From the human T2T-CHM13v2.0 reference genome, Homo sapiens: a stretch of DNA of 64,000 nucleotides. Positions 37,146 through 55,752 of this stretch are shown here, piece by piece. A model generated the notes under the pieces. The model made no database searches and was not told the DNA's origin. It saw nothing but the letters and a program-made list of their open reading frames with translations. The position numbers and the translations under genes are program-made. Each line of letters opens with the position of its first letter. Position 1 is the first letter of the stretch. The stretch lies in NCBI RefSeq assembly GCF_009914755.1, contig NC_060941.1; one strand, given 5' to 3'.

Positions 37146-38053
37146 TAAGCACTGGAGAAAAAAGGACAGCTGCCTGTGCTGAAAAGTCACCCCAAGAGAG
37201 AGCAGGAAGAATCCCAAAGCAGAGGCGACAGTGGACTCTTTCTATCCTGTGCTCTGAGTCCGGCAAACTGTTGATGAAGCCCTCACGGGGTCATTCACAG
37301 CAGAATTGGATCTGGTTAGATCCAATTCCAAAAAAAAAAAAAGCCACATCCCTTGGATCCAGGTTTGCTTTTTGTACCCAAGCTTGGGCATTCCATTTGG
37401 ATGGTTTTACCTCTTAAATATTACATCCATCCTACTTCTCCATTCCGGCTACCATGGCCCTAGTTAAGGTGTTTATTTCTTTTCTAGAGCAATCTCACAC
37501 TAAACCCATATCTCCCACAGAGCTATCTGCCCAGGGAATCCACGTAGACTTCAAATCTGATCATTTTCACAGTGACTGGCACCCAAGACCTTCTGTCGCC
37601 CGGCCACTACTTTCCTCTGTCGTTCCGCTATTCCATGCTCCCTGCCTCAAACATAATATGCCCAAAATATCAGGTCAGGATACGAGAGTGTTAAGTGCCA
37701 GCATTACCTGGGAGCTTGTTAGGATCTCAGGCCCCACCCTAGACCCACTGAATCGGAACCTGAATCTAAGCAAGCAAGATTTCCCAGGTGTTGTGTGCGC
37801 ATGAAAGCACCGGAGGCACTATCTAGAACCTGCTGGAAGGGCCTGTTCTGTGCAAGGAACTTAAGCTGCCCCTCAGGCTCTGTGGTCCTTGGCACTGAGG
37901 CAAGATTCTCAAAATAATCTCTGATTCAAGGGATTCCGCTCCGAAAATTACATTGGAAATTGTTTTTCCTAATTTGCATAAATAAATAAACTTAGTAAAT
38001 GGGCTTCATCTGATTTTTACTTTTTTCTCTTACAAATTCTTTTCTAAACTTTG

Positions 38054-38537
<484 letters not shown>

Positions 38538-38995
38538 CTAACAAGATGTCATCTGCTGGCAAACAAAATGAGTAAACTACTAGGAAATAAATGGTAATGT
38601 TAAAATTCAACATACCTGGTGTTCAGTCTAACAGTTCAGTTCAACAACAGCAAAAAATAAAAATTAAAACTTTGAGTGTTAAGCTTCTATTAATGTATGA
38701 GATACTAGAAGAAGGTCTGAGGGATGCATAGATGAATGAGATATATTGTATAGCTTATTCCCCATGACTGTAAGGCCACATGTGCCTGTAGTACTGGGGC
38801 ACTGAATGGTACTTCAGCAATGACCATCCTTTTATTAGAATCCTTGGGATGCTACTAGTCTGGATTTGCAGAATTCACCAAAATGAATGACTTTTGCTAT
38901 TACCTGTCAAGTTGATTTCATCTTCTGTGTCCAGACAGCTATCCAAACCAATATAACCAGGAAATTTACTCTGGATTCCTCAGATCAATAGATGA

Positions 38996-39343
<348 letters not shown>

Positions 39344-39909
39344 TGAGCCTGTTGCCTTTTATTGGCTTTGGTTTTAGGAGGAGAAACTTTAAAAGCTTGG
39401 AGTTGAAGGATAATGGTTCAACCTTTCTTGGCGTGTAAGTGATTTATGACCTCCTAATTTAACGAAAGTAACAACAGCGAAGACAAGCCACTTATTAGCG
39501 TTTCCTGGCAATTCCATCAGGGAGATAGGGGTTGGGGCCTTGAGAGCCCAAGAATTAAACAACAGCTGAATGTTATTCAAAATCTAAATTCATTATACAC
39601 ATTGTTGCTTTACTAAAATCTTTACTAAAATGTGATCAAGAAAGCCTTGGCAGGGCACGGTCTTGAAAGATGAGTACCAACTCATCTTGGGCAGGCAGAT
39701 ATCTTGCCAGGCAGATAGGGTGGGGAGAGCCTTCAGGGCAAGGGAGGAGCAAGGGCAAGAGTCTTGAAGGCTGAAGAGTGAGCAGGATGTGGAGAGGAAG
39801 TTTCAGGCTCCACAGGGTCATGGGGGCAGGCCCAGAGCAAGGAAGAGAGAAAGGAGGGTGATCCAGGGAGGTGAGTTGATGAGAGGAGGCAGATGTACTA
39901 AGTCCATAC

Positions 39910-40125
39910 ATGAGTGCAGTATTTGACAGTTTGCAAAGCACCTTCATACCCACTATCTCACCAGGTCCTGCTAGCTCAGTGATGAGGTGGGACACCTAAC
40001 GTCCTCACTTCCAGGTGATGAAATGGAGGCCTGGAGGAGTTTCTAAAGTCGTACAACTCCTAAGTGGTGGAGCCAGGATTAGAATGAGATATTTTGACCT
40101 CTGGACACTGCTCTTTCCACCATAA
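39910..40125 (-). mobile_element. MIR
   Basis: gatgaaatggaggc...taagtggtggagccaggatt. Confidence 0.65.
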
Positions 40126-40200
40126 ACTGATATGTTCCAGGAGCATTGAAGAAAGCTTCCTAGCATATTGGGAAGAAAACTCATGGTTGGGGTGTGGCTG

Positions 40201-40281
40201 GGTGGATGGATGGGCGGATGGATGGATGGATGGATGGATGGATGGATGGATGGATGGATGGATGGATCAATGGGTGGATGT
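40201..40281. repeat. (GGAT)n tetranucleotide repeat
   Basis: Read directly. Confidence 0.97.
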
Positions 40282-40452
40282 GGAGATCAGAGTCTCAAGA
40301 GAAAAAGAGTTAAGAGTCCAGCAGTTGTGCAGGTGAGATGGGGGATTCAAACGTCTATCAGGAAGGTGGATTTGTGAGATACAGAGGCAGTGGAGTGAAT
40401 AGAACTTCATGTCTGACCACATGTGAGAATGAGAAAGAAATAAGAGTGTAAT

Positions 40453-40735
<283 letters not shown>

Positions 40736-41112
40736 AAATAAGAATGTAGGATAACACCCAAGTTTTGACCTTGGATGATTAAAGGACCACAAAGGAAAAC
40801 AAACTTAAACCTTACAGCCAAAGTGGTAAAGGTAGAGATGATGAATGTTAACTTCGAATATGTCTAATAGTCAGTTGATATCAATGGATCTGGAATTCAG
40901 GAAAAGTGTCTGAGATATCCAGGAGATTCATTAGGTCATCAGCGATCAAAGGTTAGCATTTTATTATAGATGTTCACTGTGTTATTATAAATAACGTTAA
41001 AAAAGAGAAAAATAAAAAGGAAAGGTCTTAAACATGTAACAGTTGCAGATTGGCTCATTTATGTTACAGCCATATATTGAAATGCAATTCAGACCTTAAA
41101 AATGAGTGCTGG

Positions 41113-41376
41113 CTTTGGGAGGCCAAAGTGGGCAGATTACTTGAGGTCAAGAGTTTGAGGCCAGCCTGGTCAACATGGTGAAACCTCATCTCTACCAAAA
41201 TACAAAAATTAACCAGGTGTAGTGGCATGTGTCTGTAATCCCAGCTGCTTAGGAGGCTGAGTGAGGCAGGAGAATTGCTTGAACCCAAGAGGCAGAGGTT
41301 GCAGTGAGCTGAGATGGTACCACTGCACTCCAGCCTGGGCAACAGAGTGAGACTCCGTCTCAAAAAAAAAAAAAAA
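41113..41376 (+). mobile_element. AluS, 5'-truncated at about consensus position 37
   Basis: TSD aaaaa(t/g)gagtgctgg. Confidence 0.92.
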
Positions 41377-41386
41377 GGAGTGCTGG

Positions 41387-41655
41387 TTTAGGAGGTCAAT
41401 GCTGGAGGATCACTTGAGCCCAGGAGTTCGAAACCAGTCTGGGCAACATGGCAAAACCCTATCTCTACAAAAAAAAAAAAAAAAAAAAAAAAAGTAGCCT
41501 ATATTCCCAGCAACTCAGGAGACCGAGGTGGGAGGATCACCTGAGCCTAGGGAGGTTGAGGCTACAGTGACCCATGATCGCGCCACTGCACTCCAGCCTG
41601 AGCAACAGAACAAGACTCTGTCTCAAAAAAAAAGAAAAGAAAAGAAAAAGAAAAA
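41387..41655 (+). mobile_element. AluJ, 5'-truncated at about consensus position 38
   Basis: J-type arms; third target copy aaaaaagagcgctag at 41651. Confidence 0.9.
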
Positions 41656-41815
41656 AGAGCGCTAGGCTTGTGGGTGCTTTCCCTTCCTTGGTGATACTAA
41701 CATCTGTCGCTGGCAGGGCACTTCCCAGCCCAGATCAAAATGAAGTGGGCTTTCCCTACTTTATGTCCTCAGATCTTCTCTACTACCCAGTGAGGGACGA
41801 ACTGACACTTTATTA

Positions 41816-42400
<585 letters not shown>

Positions 42401-43572
42401 GTTTTTAATGACATCACAGACGCCAGAATTGATTCACGAGAGTATATGTGAGAGCTGGTCTATGAAGGCAAGAGTGGCGGGTTTCTCCCCATTGGGGAAA
42501 AATAGAAACAACAGGCCCACCCAGGGGCCTCATACCTAATTCTACCACAACCCTGGGAAGGGCTCTGGAAGCCAAACCCTCCCCACATGCTAGCCCCAGC
42601 CTGTCTTACCCGTGCCTGGAGGGTTCCTTCTGGAGTCTTCTGGGCAGCTGCCCTGGGGAGCAGGGGCCCGTGGAGCTCAGCCAGGAGGCCTTGCGTAGTT
42701 TGCCTTGGGAGGTTATTACAGCCAATCCACATAGATGCGAAAACCAAACCAAACACAGCCTACCAGGAACAAGTAACGATTTGTTCCTTTCTTTTGCTTT
42801 TTCTGACAGTAGATGCAATCTATCGTGATTCTTAAGTGTTTTTGGGCTAGTGCCCATTCCATTGTTTTTGCCCAGAGAGGCTCACCAGGAATGAGCTGGA
42901 AGGAGACACAAGCCCCTAAGTACCTCGGGACGCTTGCTTGGTGAACAAGAGGAGGAAACTCAGAGAGCAGGGCTGCCGGCCTCCTTGTCTTTCGATGCCT
43001 CGTGTGGCCACCCCACCGCACGAGCCATAGCCAGCCATCTGTCTCAGTATTTCATTCTCTTGAGGCTGAGCTAGTGTAGTGGCTGTGTCAGGAACCCTGC
43101 CTGTTTGTGCAAAGAATTCATTCTTCCAAGAAGGATGAGGATCAAATTCACCTCCACATGGCACACACCGAACACCGAGGCTGTGAAAGGCTGGCCCGTG
43201 AGTGTCTCCAGGTTCAATATCGATTTGTCAATTGTAGAGAAAACCAGCAGTTCTAGTTCCCAGAGACCACCCTGTGAATTGAAATAAGAAGGAACGGGGA
43301 GAAATTGGAGCTATTTTTAAGCTCAGCTTCTGAGGCTTATTTTAGGAGGCATTATTGATCATACTTCGGGGAAACCGTTCTGCGTCGCTGGTGCCAGTGT
43401 CTACATGTGCACATGTGAAGTGTTGGCCTAGACTCCTGAGACCATCTGTGTGCCCAAGGGAGGCTGCAGCCCAGAGGAGAATTCGGACTGAGGCTACTTT
43501 GCACCAAAATTAGGCCAAACTCATGAAAGGGCCATTGTTGCAGCTGCCCTGGGAACTGTAACTTAGAAGTGA

Positions 43573-43978
<406 letters not shown>

Positions 43979-44761
43979 TCTGTCCTCTTAATGAGTTACC
44001 ATGATCTAGGGCACCTGGTTAGAACGTTGTTTTTCCAAACAGCATCTTTTTCTCATCGGTCACTGTATCACTCTGATCACTGCCCCTTGAATCTTCTTCC
44101 TCACCCTTTATTTCACCCAGATGAGCCAGGGTTTACCGTATGTGGGACTTCAGGTCATGGCACAAAATGGTTCTCAACCCTTTTGTTGAGCACCGGTTTG
44201 CTGGTGCTCTTTTTAGACACAAACCCTGGAATAAACGTGCCCTTTCCCTCAAAGGGACCCCACTGTGGATTCCTATCCACTTTGTTATCCTTTTTACTCT
44301 TAGATCTCTGCCTCACCACTTTCCCAGGCAGCCTCTGCTTTTTCATCTTACTGTTCTCATTTTCGCCTGGTGCGTTCGTCAGCGGCTTTTTATGTTAAAC
44401 TTCGCAGATGAGCCACGCCTGAAGTTATTCCTGTCCTTCTTTCTCTCCAGTGTATTGTTGTTGACAGGTTTTTATCTGTTGTTTTGAATTTTCTGTGACC
44501 TTTGGGGTGGGCAGAGAAAAAAAAGGACAAATGTCCACCATCGGCCGGTCTGAACGCCACATTTAATGTGTTCTTTTTGAGTGTTCTAACCCTTCCTTCT
44601 TCCTGCACACATTTAATAACAGAGAACCAAAAAAAGCCTAGTTGCCTTCATTCATGAATATTTGGGACAGTGAGGCCTCAGGGAAGGCCAGCTTTTCTGG
44701 CTACAGGGACGGTCTTAATCTGAAGAATGGAAGAAAGAGGTCCTTTAAAAACCAGAGAGTT

Positions 44762-45060
44762 GGCTGGGCACAGTGGCTCATGCCTGTAATCCCAGCACTT
44801 CGGGAGGCCGAGGTGGGTGGATCACTTGAGGTCAGGAGTTTGAGACTAGCCTGGCCACCATAGTGAGAACCTGCCTCTAATAAAAATATAAAAATTAGCC
44901 AGGCATAGTGGTGCACACCTGTAACCCAGCTATTTGGGAGGCTGAGGCAGGAGAATCACTTGAACCCAGCTGCAGAGTTTGCAGTAAGCTGAGATTGCAC
45001 CACTGCACTCCAGCCTGGGTGACAGAGCAAGACTCTGTCTCAAAACAAACAAACAAAATT
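44762..45060 (+). mobile_element. AluS
   Basis: TSD ccagagagtt. Confidence 0.93.
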
Positions 45061-45073
45061 AAACCCAGAGAGT

Positions 45074-45519
45074 TGTAATAGTTTCCCAGGGCCGCCAAAA
45101 CAAATCATCACAAATTGGGTGGTTTGAGACAACAGAAATTGATTCTCTTGCAGTTCTGGAGGCCAGAAGTCCCAGGTCAAGGTCAGGCTCTTGGGGATGA
45201 TCCCTCCTTGCCTCTTCCAGCCTCTGGTGGCTCCAGGCGTTTCTTGGCTCAGGGCTGCAACACTCTAATCTCTGCCTCTGTCTTTACATGACTTTCATCC
45301 CCCTGTGTGAACTGCCCTGTGCCTTAATCGTATCTGTGTCCTCTCCTCTTCACATAAGGATACCAGTCGTCAGATTTAGGAGCCACCCTAAATCCAGGAT
45401 GACTTCATCTCAAGATCCTTAACTAATTACATCTGCAAAGACCCTATTTCCAAACAAGGTCACATTCTGAGGTTCCTGGGAGACATGAGATTCGGGGGGA
45501 CACTCTTCAACTTACTATA
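45074..45519 (-). mobile_element. MLT1C-like LTR, near full length
   Basis: caacagaaattgattctcttgcagttctggaggccagaagtcc...catctgcaaagaccctatttccaaacaaggtcacattctgagg. Confidence 0.88.
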
Positions 45520-45615
45520 GGAGTATTGATGCCTCTGCCTATAGAGGAGAATCAATATATACCATACAACCCAGCAGTCCTACTCCTGACTATTGACCCT
45601 ATGAAAATGAAAACC

Positions 45616-45940
<325 letters not shown>

Positions 45941-46008
45941 TTATTGGTGGTTGCCAGTTTCTTCCTTGTATTTGACTGCATTTTTCGAATTAAAAACATC
46001 TTGTTCCT

Positions 46009-46741
<733 letters not shown>

Positions 46742-47528
46742 TTAGGAGTCCACCACTTATTTCTGTGTGCTCAAACTGGGAATGACCATGATGCTGAATT
46801 TCCCTAAACTCCTATCTTGCCAGCCTTCTTGGCAAAGAGTTCTATCTGGAAGTTTAAGTAGTTTAATTTAATAGAGAGAAATATTATTCAGTGACTAGGA
46901 AAAGAATCAGGCAAGCCTCCCTTCCCGACACCATGAATACCCACGTTTTTTAATCGGCTCCCTCAAGGTGACCCAAGATCCAGGGGCTCTTTTCTACTTG
47001 TGCTTCTTGGCCCCCCAAGGACCCCCACAGGCATTCTCACTCTACTGCCAATCACTCCACCAGGGGCTCAACATCCCTCTCTGGAGCCCTAGCCAACTCT
47101 GTGTGTGCCAGCGTCCTCGCTTACTGCCGGGGATCCAAGGACAACATGCACAGTGCCCGCAGATGATGCTGAGGGCAGCCGCCTTACTCCACCCCACCTT
47201 CATCTCTGATCAAAGCTTTTCCACCATCGGGTGCTCCTCTGAGAGCTTTCTCCTCCCCTCCCCGCTCCCAGCTCACCCCCCACCCCCACCCAGTGCCATC
47301 TGCAGTGCCATCTGCCCCCAGTGCCATCTGCAGGCTTGTGGGTGTGTGTCAATATTTCACCCAGCTTGTCTGCAGCGGTGTGCCACTCTTAGCCTCAGAG
47401 GAGTCCTCACATCGCCAGCTCACACCCCTGAGAGCTTGACCATGTCCTCATGAACTCACCGTCCTTCCCAAAATCCCATAACTAAAACAGCCTGGAAGTG
47501 TCACCAAGGCCCAAAGACAGCCTTCTGA

Positions 47529-47893
<365 letters not shown>

Positions 47894-48686
47894 TTAGAAC
47901 CCTTTAAAACTCACACCCAGTACACTGGAGGGTAACTGAGCTGTCACTGAAAGGACACAGGACAGTGTGAGGAAAACAGAAGGGCACAGCAAGCCAGTCT
48001 CGCGGAGATCTGCAGAGGTGTTCTCTGGAGCTCCCCTTCCAACCCCTCACCCTTCTCTATCCCTGCTGTATAGGCTTGTCGCCACCTCACTGGGGACAGA
48101 ATTTTCTCAGACACTCTCAGGCCTGAAACCTTTGCCTTCAGTTTGCTTTACAACTCCCTGCTGGCTCTGGAAAAACAATTTTCCCCTCTGCGCCAAAGGC
48201 CTAATGATATTGTCCACCAGAAAGGGTTCTCCAGAGAAGCACTGAAGTTTACCCAGCAGCTAAGACGATCCGGCCTAACCCTGATGGATGAGTTTCCTTT
48301 ACTCAGCCTTAATACCCCTGAAATCCTGTGGCAAGTGGAGCGTTTGATGGGGATTAAATAAAAGCAGTTTACCTCCCACTGTATTACCAAATGGGGTTTC
48401 AATTCCATTCTAAGACCAAGGTCAGTACGGGAGTGGATCTGGGGTCATCACTGCCCTAGAGCCCCGGCACCAGTAGGCAGTTCTCTGGGGCCCCCACATG
48501 GAAACCTCAGCAGCCCTGAGCTATATTCCTGGCCTGGCGTCTCTGGACCACACTGCAGGCACGATGTGGGGTTGGATTCTTTCTTCACGACACCAATTGG
48601 CCAGTCTCTTGTATCACCCCTGCTGGCCAAATAATCATCTTGGACCCCGACCATTATGGACCTATATTGAGTTCCCTCCTTGCTGA

Positions 48687-49079
<393 letters not shown>

Positions 49080-49382
49080 TAGTAATATATGGATTATATG
49101 TTATATAATATCGATTAAATTGTGTATTAAATCTAGTCTCCACAAAATCATAGCCCCTTTGAGAGTGGACCTTCTCTTACACATTTTTCCAAGGCACAGT
49201 GTTGAACACACAGTAGGTGCTTAACCAATATTTGCCAATTCATTGAATGGTGGGCATTCGGCCTCTTCATCTCTAGAGTGCTGTCCTTAAGTACAGTAAT
49301 TCTATCTTAAGAACAAATAACAGTTACCCAACTCTGTCTTCTGCAAAACAGAAAAAAGAATAGAGACCAAAAATGGTTCTGA

Positions 49383-49502
49383 GGCCAGGTGCAGTGGCTC
49401 ACACCTGTAATCCTAACAACACTTTGGGAGGCCATGACAGGAGGATCACTTTAGCCAGGAGTTTGAGACGCACCTGGGCAATGTAGCAAGACCCTGTATC
49501 TA
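49383..49502 (+). mobile_element. FLAM / Alu left arm
   Basis: Monomer ending at agaccctgtatcta. Confidence 0.82.
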
Positions 49503-49505
49503 TTT

Positions 49506-49540
49506 GCAAAAACTATGATTACTTTTGCACCAACCTAATA
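49506..49540. mobile_element. Solo Hsmar1 TIR (half MADE1)
   Basis: gcaaaaactatgattacttttgcaccaacctaata. Confidence 0.85.
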
Positions 49541-49552
49541 TTTAAAAAAAGA

Positions 49553-49877
<325 letters not shown>

Positions 49878-50156
49878 TTAATGACCATGTAGAAGACAAG
49901 TTGAAATACTCTTGGGTTGGATTGTATATTCATATATATATATATATTCATAAATAGTCATGTATATATTTATGAAACAGTCACCACTGAATTGTGTAGC
50001 TGGGATAATGTTCTCAGTGAGATGACCCATAGAGATGGTTTTCATCATTGGTAGCCTGGACTTTTTTTTTTTTTTTTTTTTACAGCCATTAGTGCTTTTC
50101 AGGCTCTCTCCAACTGAATATGCTGCTATTAGATAATAATCAATAAACCATGAACT

Positions 50157-50423
50157 GGCCAGGTGTGGTTAATTCCAGCCCTTTGAGAGGCTGAGGCAGT
50201 TGGATCACTTGAGGTCAGAAGTTCGAGACCAGGCCAACATGGTGAAACCCCATCTCTACTAAAAATACAAAAATTAGCCAGGTGTGGTGGCGCATGCCTG
50301 TAGTCCCAGCTACTTGGGAGGCTCAGGCAGGAGAATCACTTGAACCCAGGAGGCAGAGGTTGCAGTCACGCCAATGCATTCCAGCCTGGGTGACAGAGCA
50401 AGACTCTGTCTTTAAAAAAAAAA
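50157..50423 (+). mobile_element. AluS with small deletions
   Basis: TSD aataaaccatgaac. Confidence 0.9.
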
Positions 50424-50915
50424 TAGCGATAATAATAATAAACCATGAACCAACACTAGACCCATATGCTTAAAGTATTAACTAGCAGCCAGTATACCCT
50501 CCCTCCACCAAACCAGTAGCCACTTTGCCGGTGCAGAGCATGAGCGGGACAACATTGTTAAAACATGAATTCTGCTTCCAGTGTTCCTGCTGGCTGAACC
50601 TGTACTTTGTTGGCGTGTCTTCCTCAATTGCTTCCTCCAGCGAGCTCCCAAAAGCCAAAAAAAAAAAAAAAAAAAAAAAAAGTTATAGTAGAGAGGATCA
50701 GTGGTTTGGCTAGGCTTCTCTGTCTCTTTAATCGTATCTGAAGCATAAAACAAGATGACTGGTAGACTTTTCTCAAAATCCCTCCTAATCAGCCACCTCT
50801 ACCTTGTATCCTCAGTAGCTTGTACAGATGGCAGGAAGATAAAAATCTACACAGCTACTAGGCTTGCACCTTCCCCACCACCTGCCCAGCCCTTCAATTT
50901 TTAGAGGATAATAGA

Positions 50916-51314
<399 letters not shown>

Positions 51315-51734
51315 TAAACCATCAAAGTTTCTGTTGTAGAGAAAAGAGCTGCAGAATTCATGATTCCCAAAATTGTGGATTTATGAAGAGCCACCCTACA
51401 TCGTGATCTTGGTGGATTTTATCTAGAGAAATCACCAAATCTAGAAACAAATCTAGAAATGAAGCAAGAGCAATTGCAAAATTTAGAAAAACACTTCTGT
51501 TCAAAGAGAAATCTAGGCTGATAAGACACATTCCATGCTTATCAGTGTACCTGTCCCTACTCAATTATCACCACACAGCACGTAATAGTTCATGAAATGG
51601 ATTTACCTTAATTTATTTGGCAATTCTCCCATAGTAGGATATTTAAACTGTTTTCTTCCTTTTTCAATCTTATTTTTCTTGACATTATAATAATGTTGCA
51701 ATAAAAATATTTGTGCGTAAGTCTTTTCCTTTAA

Positions 51735-52373
<639 letters not shown>

Positions 52374-53514
52374 ACCAAGATTCTTTTCTTAAGATAAATT
52401 CTCAAAATGTAAGCTTACTAGGTCAAAGTATATCAAGATTTGTAAGACACTTGATACTTATTATTCTTAATACTTTACAAAAAAGAGAAAATTACTCCCT
52501 TTTAATTTTGGAATCTATAACATGGTAATTATTCAGATTTGCCTTCCCCATGTAGCATTTCTAGGTTCATATTTAAAGGAATTTTTCCTACTGAGCAGTT
52601 ATTCACTCTCTAGTGTGTGTATGGCGGGGGTGGCCACGGGAGTCAACCAGATTGACACCAAAATCCACTGCAGATGATTTGTGGGTAGAAAGTAGAAGGG
52701 AAAGAGGATAAACACTTTTCCTTCTCCCTGTCTCTGATAAATAGCCAAAGACAGGAACATTATTACAGGTGATATAGGAAAAGTGCCTCCGTGACCTCCC
52801 ACACCCAGGTCCCATCTCAGGAGACAAATTCAGCCCAAGGAGCAAACGAGACCATGAAGTTCACAGCACTCCAGTGTCAGGTGCCCCCCTGTAAAGCTTT
52901 GGCTTGATGCAACAACAAAAGGCATTCGCATCCTAACGTGACCTCAGCAGATCTCTTCCTCCACCTCCAAGAGCCGGGAGTTGTACCAGAGCTCTGGCAG
53001 CTGCACCTGCCACCACCGGGGAGCCCAAATGAATCATTGCTGTGGCTGAGTGTTTTCCTTTGGGGCCCGGTGAAGCCACTGCTTGTTTTTAATGGTGTTG
53101 GCTTAATTCTGGCTCCTGCCCTGAACTGAGTGTGACGATAAGAACATTTCACCTTGTCCCTGCTCTCCAATTACACCACATCAGGACCGCTGCCACTTCC
53201 CACTGCTCCGTGGCAGCCCCTCTATGTACCACCCAAGTTGGCTGACTGTGGGATGATAGGACAGAGAAGGAACAAGCCAAGGAGCAAGACAGAGGAGACT
53301 AACAGGACGCAGAGGCCACTCTTAACACCACAGGCTTTTTAACTGAAAGGAATGTTAATGGTCACCTGGGTCACTTGATCTCAGTCTCCTTAGGGCCACA
53401 GATCTCTGATGATCAGATGAAAGTGGTCGAACTCTCTTTCCAGAAAAATACGCCTTCTCAAATTTCAGGATGTCTCCCAGAATCCCTGAAACCCATTCAT
53501 CTAGACTAAGTTGT

Positions 53515-53832
53515 GGTTTGTTTGTTTTTTTTTTTTTTGGTTTTGGTTTTTTTTGAGACAGGATCTCACTCTGTTGCCCAGGATGAAGTGTAGTGGCGTG
53601 ATCTTGGCTCACTGCAACCTCTGCCTCTCGGCTCAAGAGATTCTCATGCCTCAGCCTCCTGAGTAGCTGGGACAACAGGTGCACATCACCACGCCCAACT
53701 AATTTTTGTAATTTTTATAGAGACAGGGTCTTGCTATGTTGCCCAGGCTGGTCTCAAACTCCTGGGCTTAAGCCATCCTTGCACTTTGACCTCCCAAAGT
53801 GCTGGGATTACAGGGATGAGCCGCTGTTCCCA
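53515..53832 (-). mobile_element. AluJ
   Basis: TSD tagactaag. Confidence 0.92.
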
Positions 53833-53924
53833 GTTAGACTAAGATTTTAATTTACAAACAAGGACATGGAGGCCCAAAGAACATGCAGGAATTAGCCCAA
53901 GGTTACACAGAAAATTTACTGAAT

Positions 53925-54218
53925 TTACTTATTTATTTGAGACAAAGTCTTGCCCTGTCGCACAGGCTGGAGTGCAGTGGTGTATCTCAGCTCACTGCAG
54001 CCTCCACCTCCTGGGTTCAAGCAATTCTCCTGCCTCAGCCTCCCTAGTAGCTGGGATTACAGGCACATGCCACCACACCCAGCTAATTTTTGTATTTTTA
54101 GTAGAGATGGGGTTTCACCATGTTGGCCAGGCTGGTCTTAAACTTCTGACCTCAGGTGATCTGCCCACCTGGCCTCTCAAAGTACTGGGATTACAGGTGT
54201 GAGCCACCATGCCCGGCC
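53925..54218 (-). mobile_element. AluS
   Basis: TSD actgaattta. Confidence 0.92.
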
Positions 54219-54544
54219 AGATAACTGAATTTAAACTCAGCTCTCCTGATTGCCAATGTAGGACCCATCAGCCCATAGTAGGAGGCTGTCACCCTGCACT
54301 GAGCCCTGTGGCAGCAATTGTGGGAAATTAGGGTGCTTACAACCAAGGAAACAGGATCTCAGACTCATGAAAAAAAAAAAAAAAACCTAAGATCAATGAG
54401 TAAGCAATATTCCTGCCATAGAGTCCTCTTTGGAAAGTAGATGCTAATGCCTTCTGTTAGTTCTCCAGGCACTTATTGAGCACCTATGAACATCTCTTAA
54501 GCTCTAATCACTGGGAGATTCATTATTTATTAGAAATTAAAACT

Positions 54545-54824
<280 letters not shown>

Positions 54825-55269
54825 TCATCATCTCAAGCCTGAAGAGGATGTTGGGTTCCTCAATGTGATTTTTTGTGATTTGTTCAGATGGTGGGTACCC
54901 CACCCTGAAATATTTACTACAAAGTTCAAGTAAAGGAGCTTCCTCGTGCTTGCTATTCCATGGACTTTGGCATGAGAATTAGGCACGCTGTTAATGAAGG
55001 AGACCAGTGGTTGGACTAAAGGATGCCTTGGTGGCTTCTACTGCAGCCTTAGCTATTCAACAGAGGAACAGAAGACTCCCATGTTGCTGGGAGGTTCTCA
55101 GTGACAGTTTCTCAGGACACACACTTTTTAAGTAGCAGGAGACTCAGATTCTGAATTTTTCTTTCTAGAAAGATGCAGGTAGCAGTTTTGATTGATGTTT
55201 ATCTTAGCGGTTGGATGCTAAGAGGCGGTTTTGTTTTTGTTTGTTTGTTTTAATCATGGAAGGACCTGG

Positions 55270-55400
55270 TGAAGCCTACAGACTTGCCCTCCAGTCTGAG
55301 CTTCTCTGCTGACTGGCCATGTGACTTTGAGCAAGCCTCTTTACTTCTTTCAGCCTTGGTTTTCTCATCTGAAAAGCAGGAATAATATTAATATGGGCAT
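55270..55400 (+). mobile_element. MIR
   Basis: gccatgtgactttgagcaag...cagccttggttttctcatctgaaaa. Confidence 0.7.
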
Positions 55401-55454
55401 AATGTTCTTAAAGCAACATTAATAGTTCCCTTCCCTAGTTTTACAGCCTATTCT

Positions 55455-55752
55455 TTTCTTTTTCTTCTTCTTCTTTTTTGTTTTTTTTTTTTTTGAGATG
55501 GCGTCTCACTGTGTCGCCCAGGCTGGAGTGCAGTGGCACAATCTCGGCTCACTGCAATCTCTGCCTCCCGAGTTCAAGCGATTCTCATGCCTCAGTCTCC
55601 TGAGTACCAGGGTTCACAGGCATGTGCCACCACACCCGGCTGGGGTTTCACCATGTTGACCAAGCTGGTCTCGAACTCCTGACCTCAAGCCATCCACCCG
55701 CCTTGGCCTCCCTAAGTGCTGGGATTACAGGTGTAAGCCACTGCGGCCAGCT
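55455..55752 (-). mobile_element. AluS lacking the central A-rich linker
   Basis: TSD acagcctattcttttctt. Confidence 0.92.

Noticed and set aside
46968-47453. 161-aa ORF rich in P/C/L
   Set aside because: Non-ATG start, low complexity from C-rich probably L2-derived DNA; no splice or domain support.
50470-50681. Unique-looking segment ending in A~25, possible processed pseudogene
   Set aside because: No polyA signal, TSD or recognisable parent; probably an orphan A-tract.
51418-51520. Repeated aaatctaga(aa) motifs
   Set aside because: Short local slippage duplications; not a proper nGAAn heat-shock array or a regular repeat-spacer structure.
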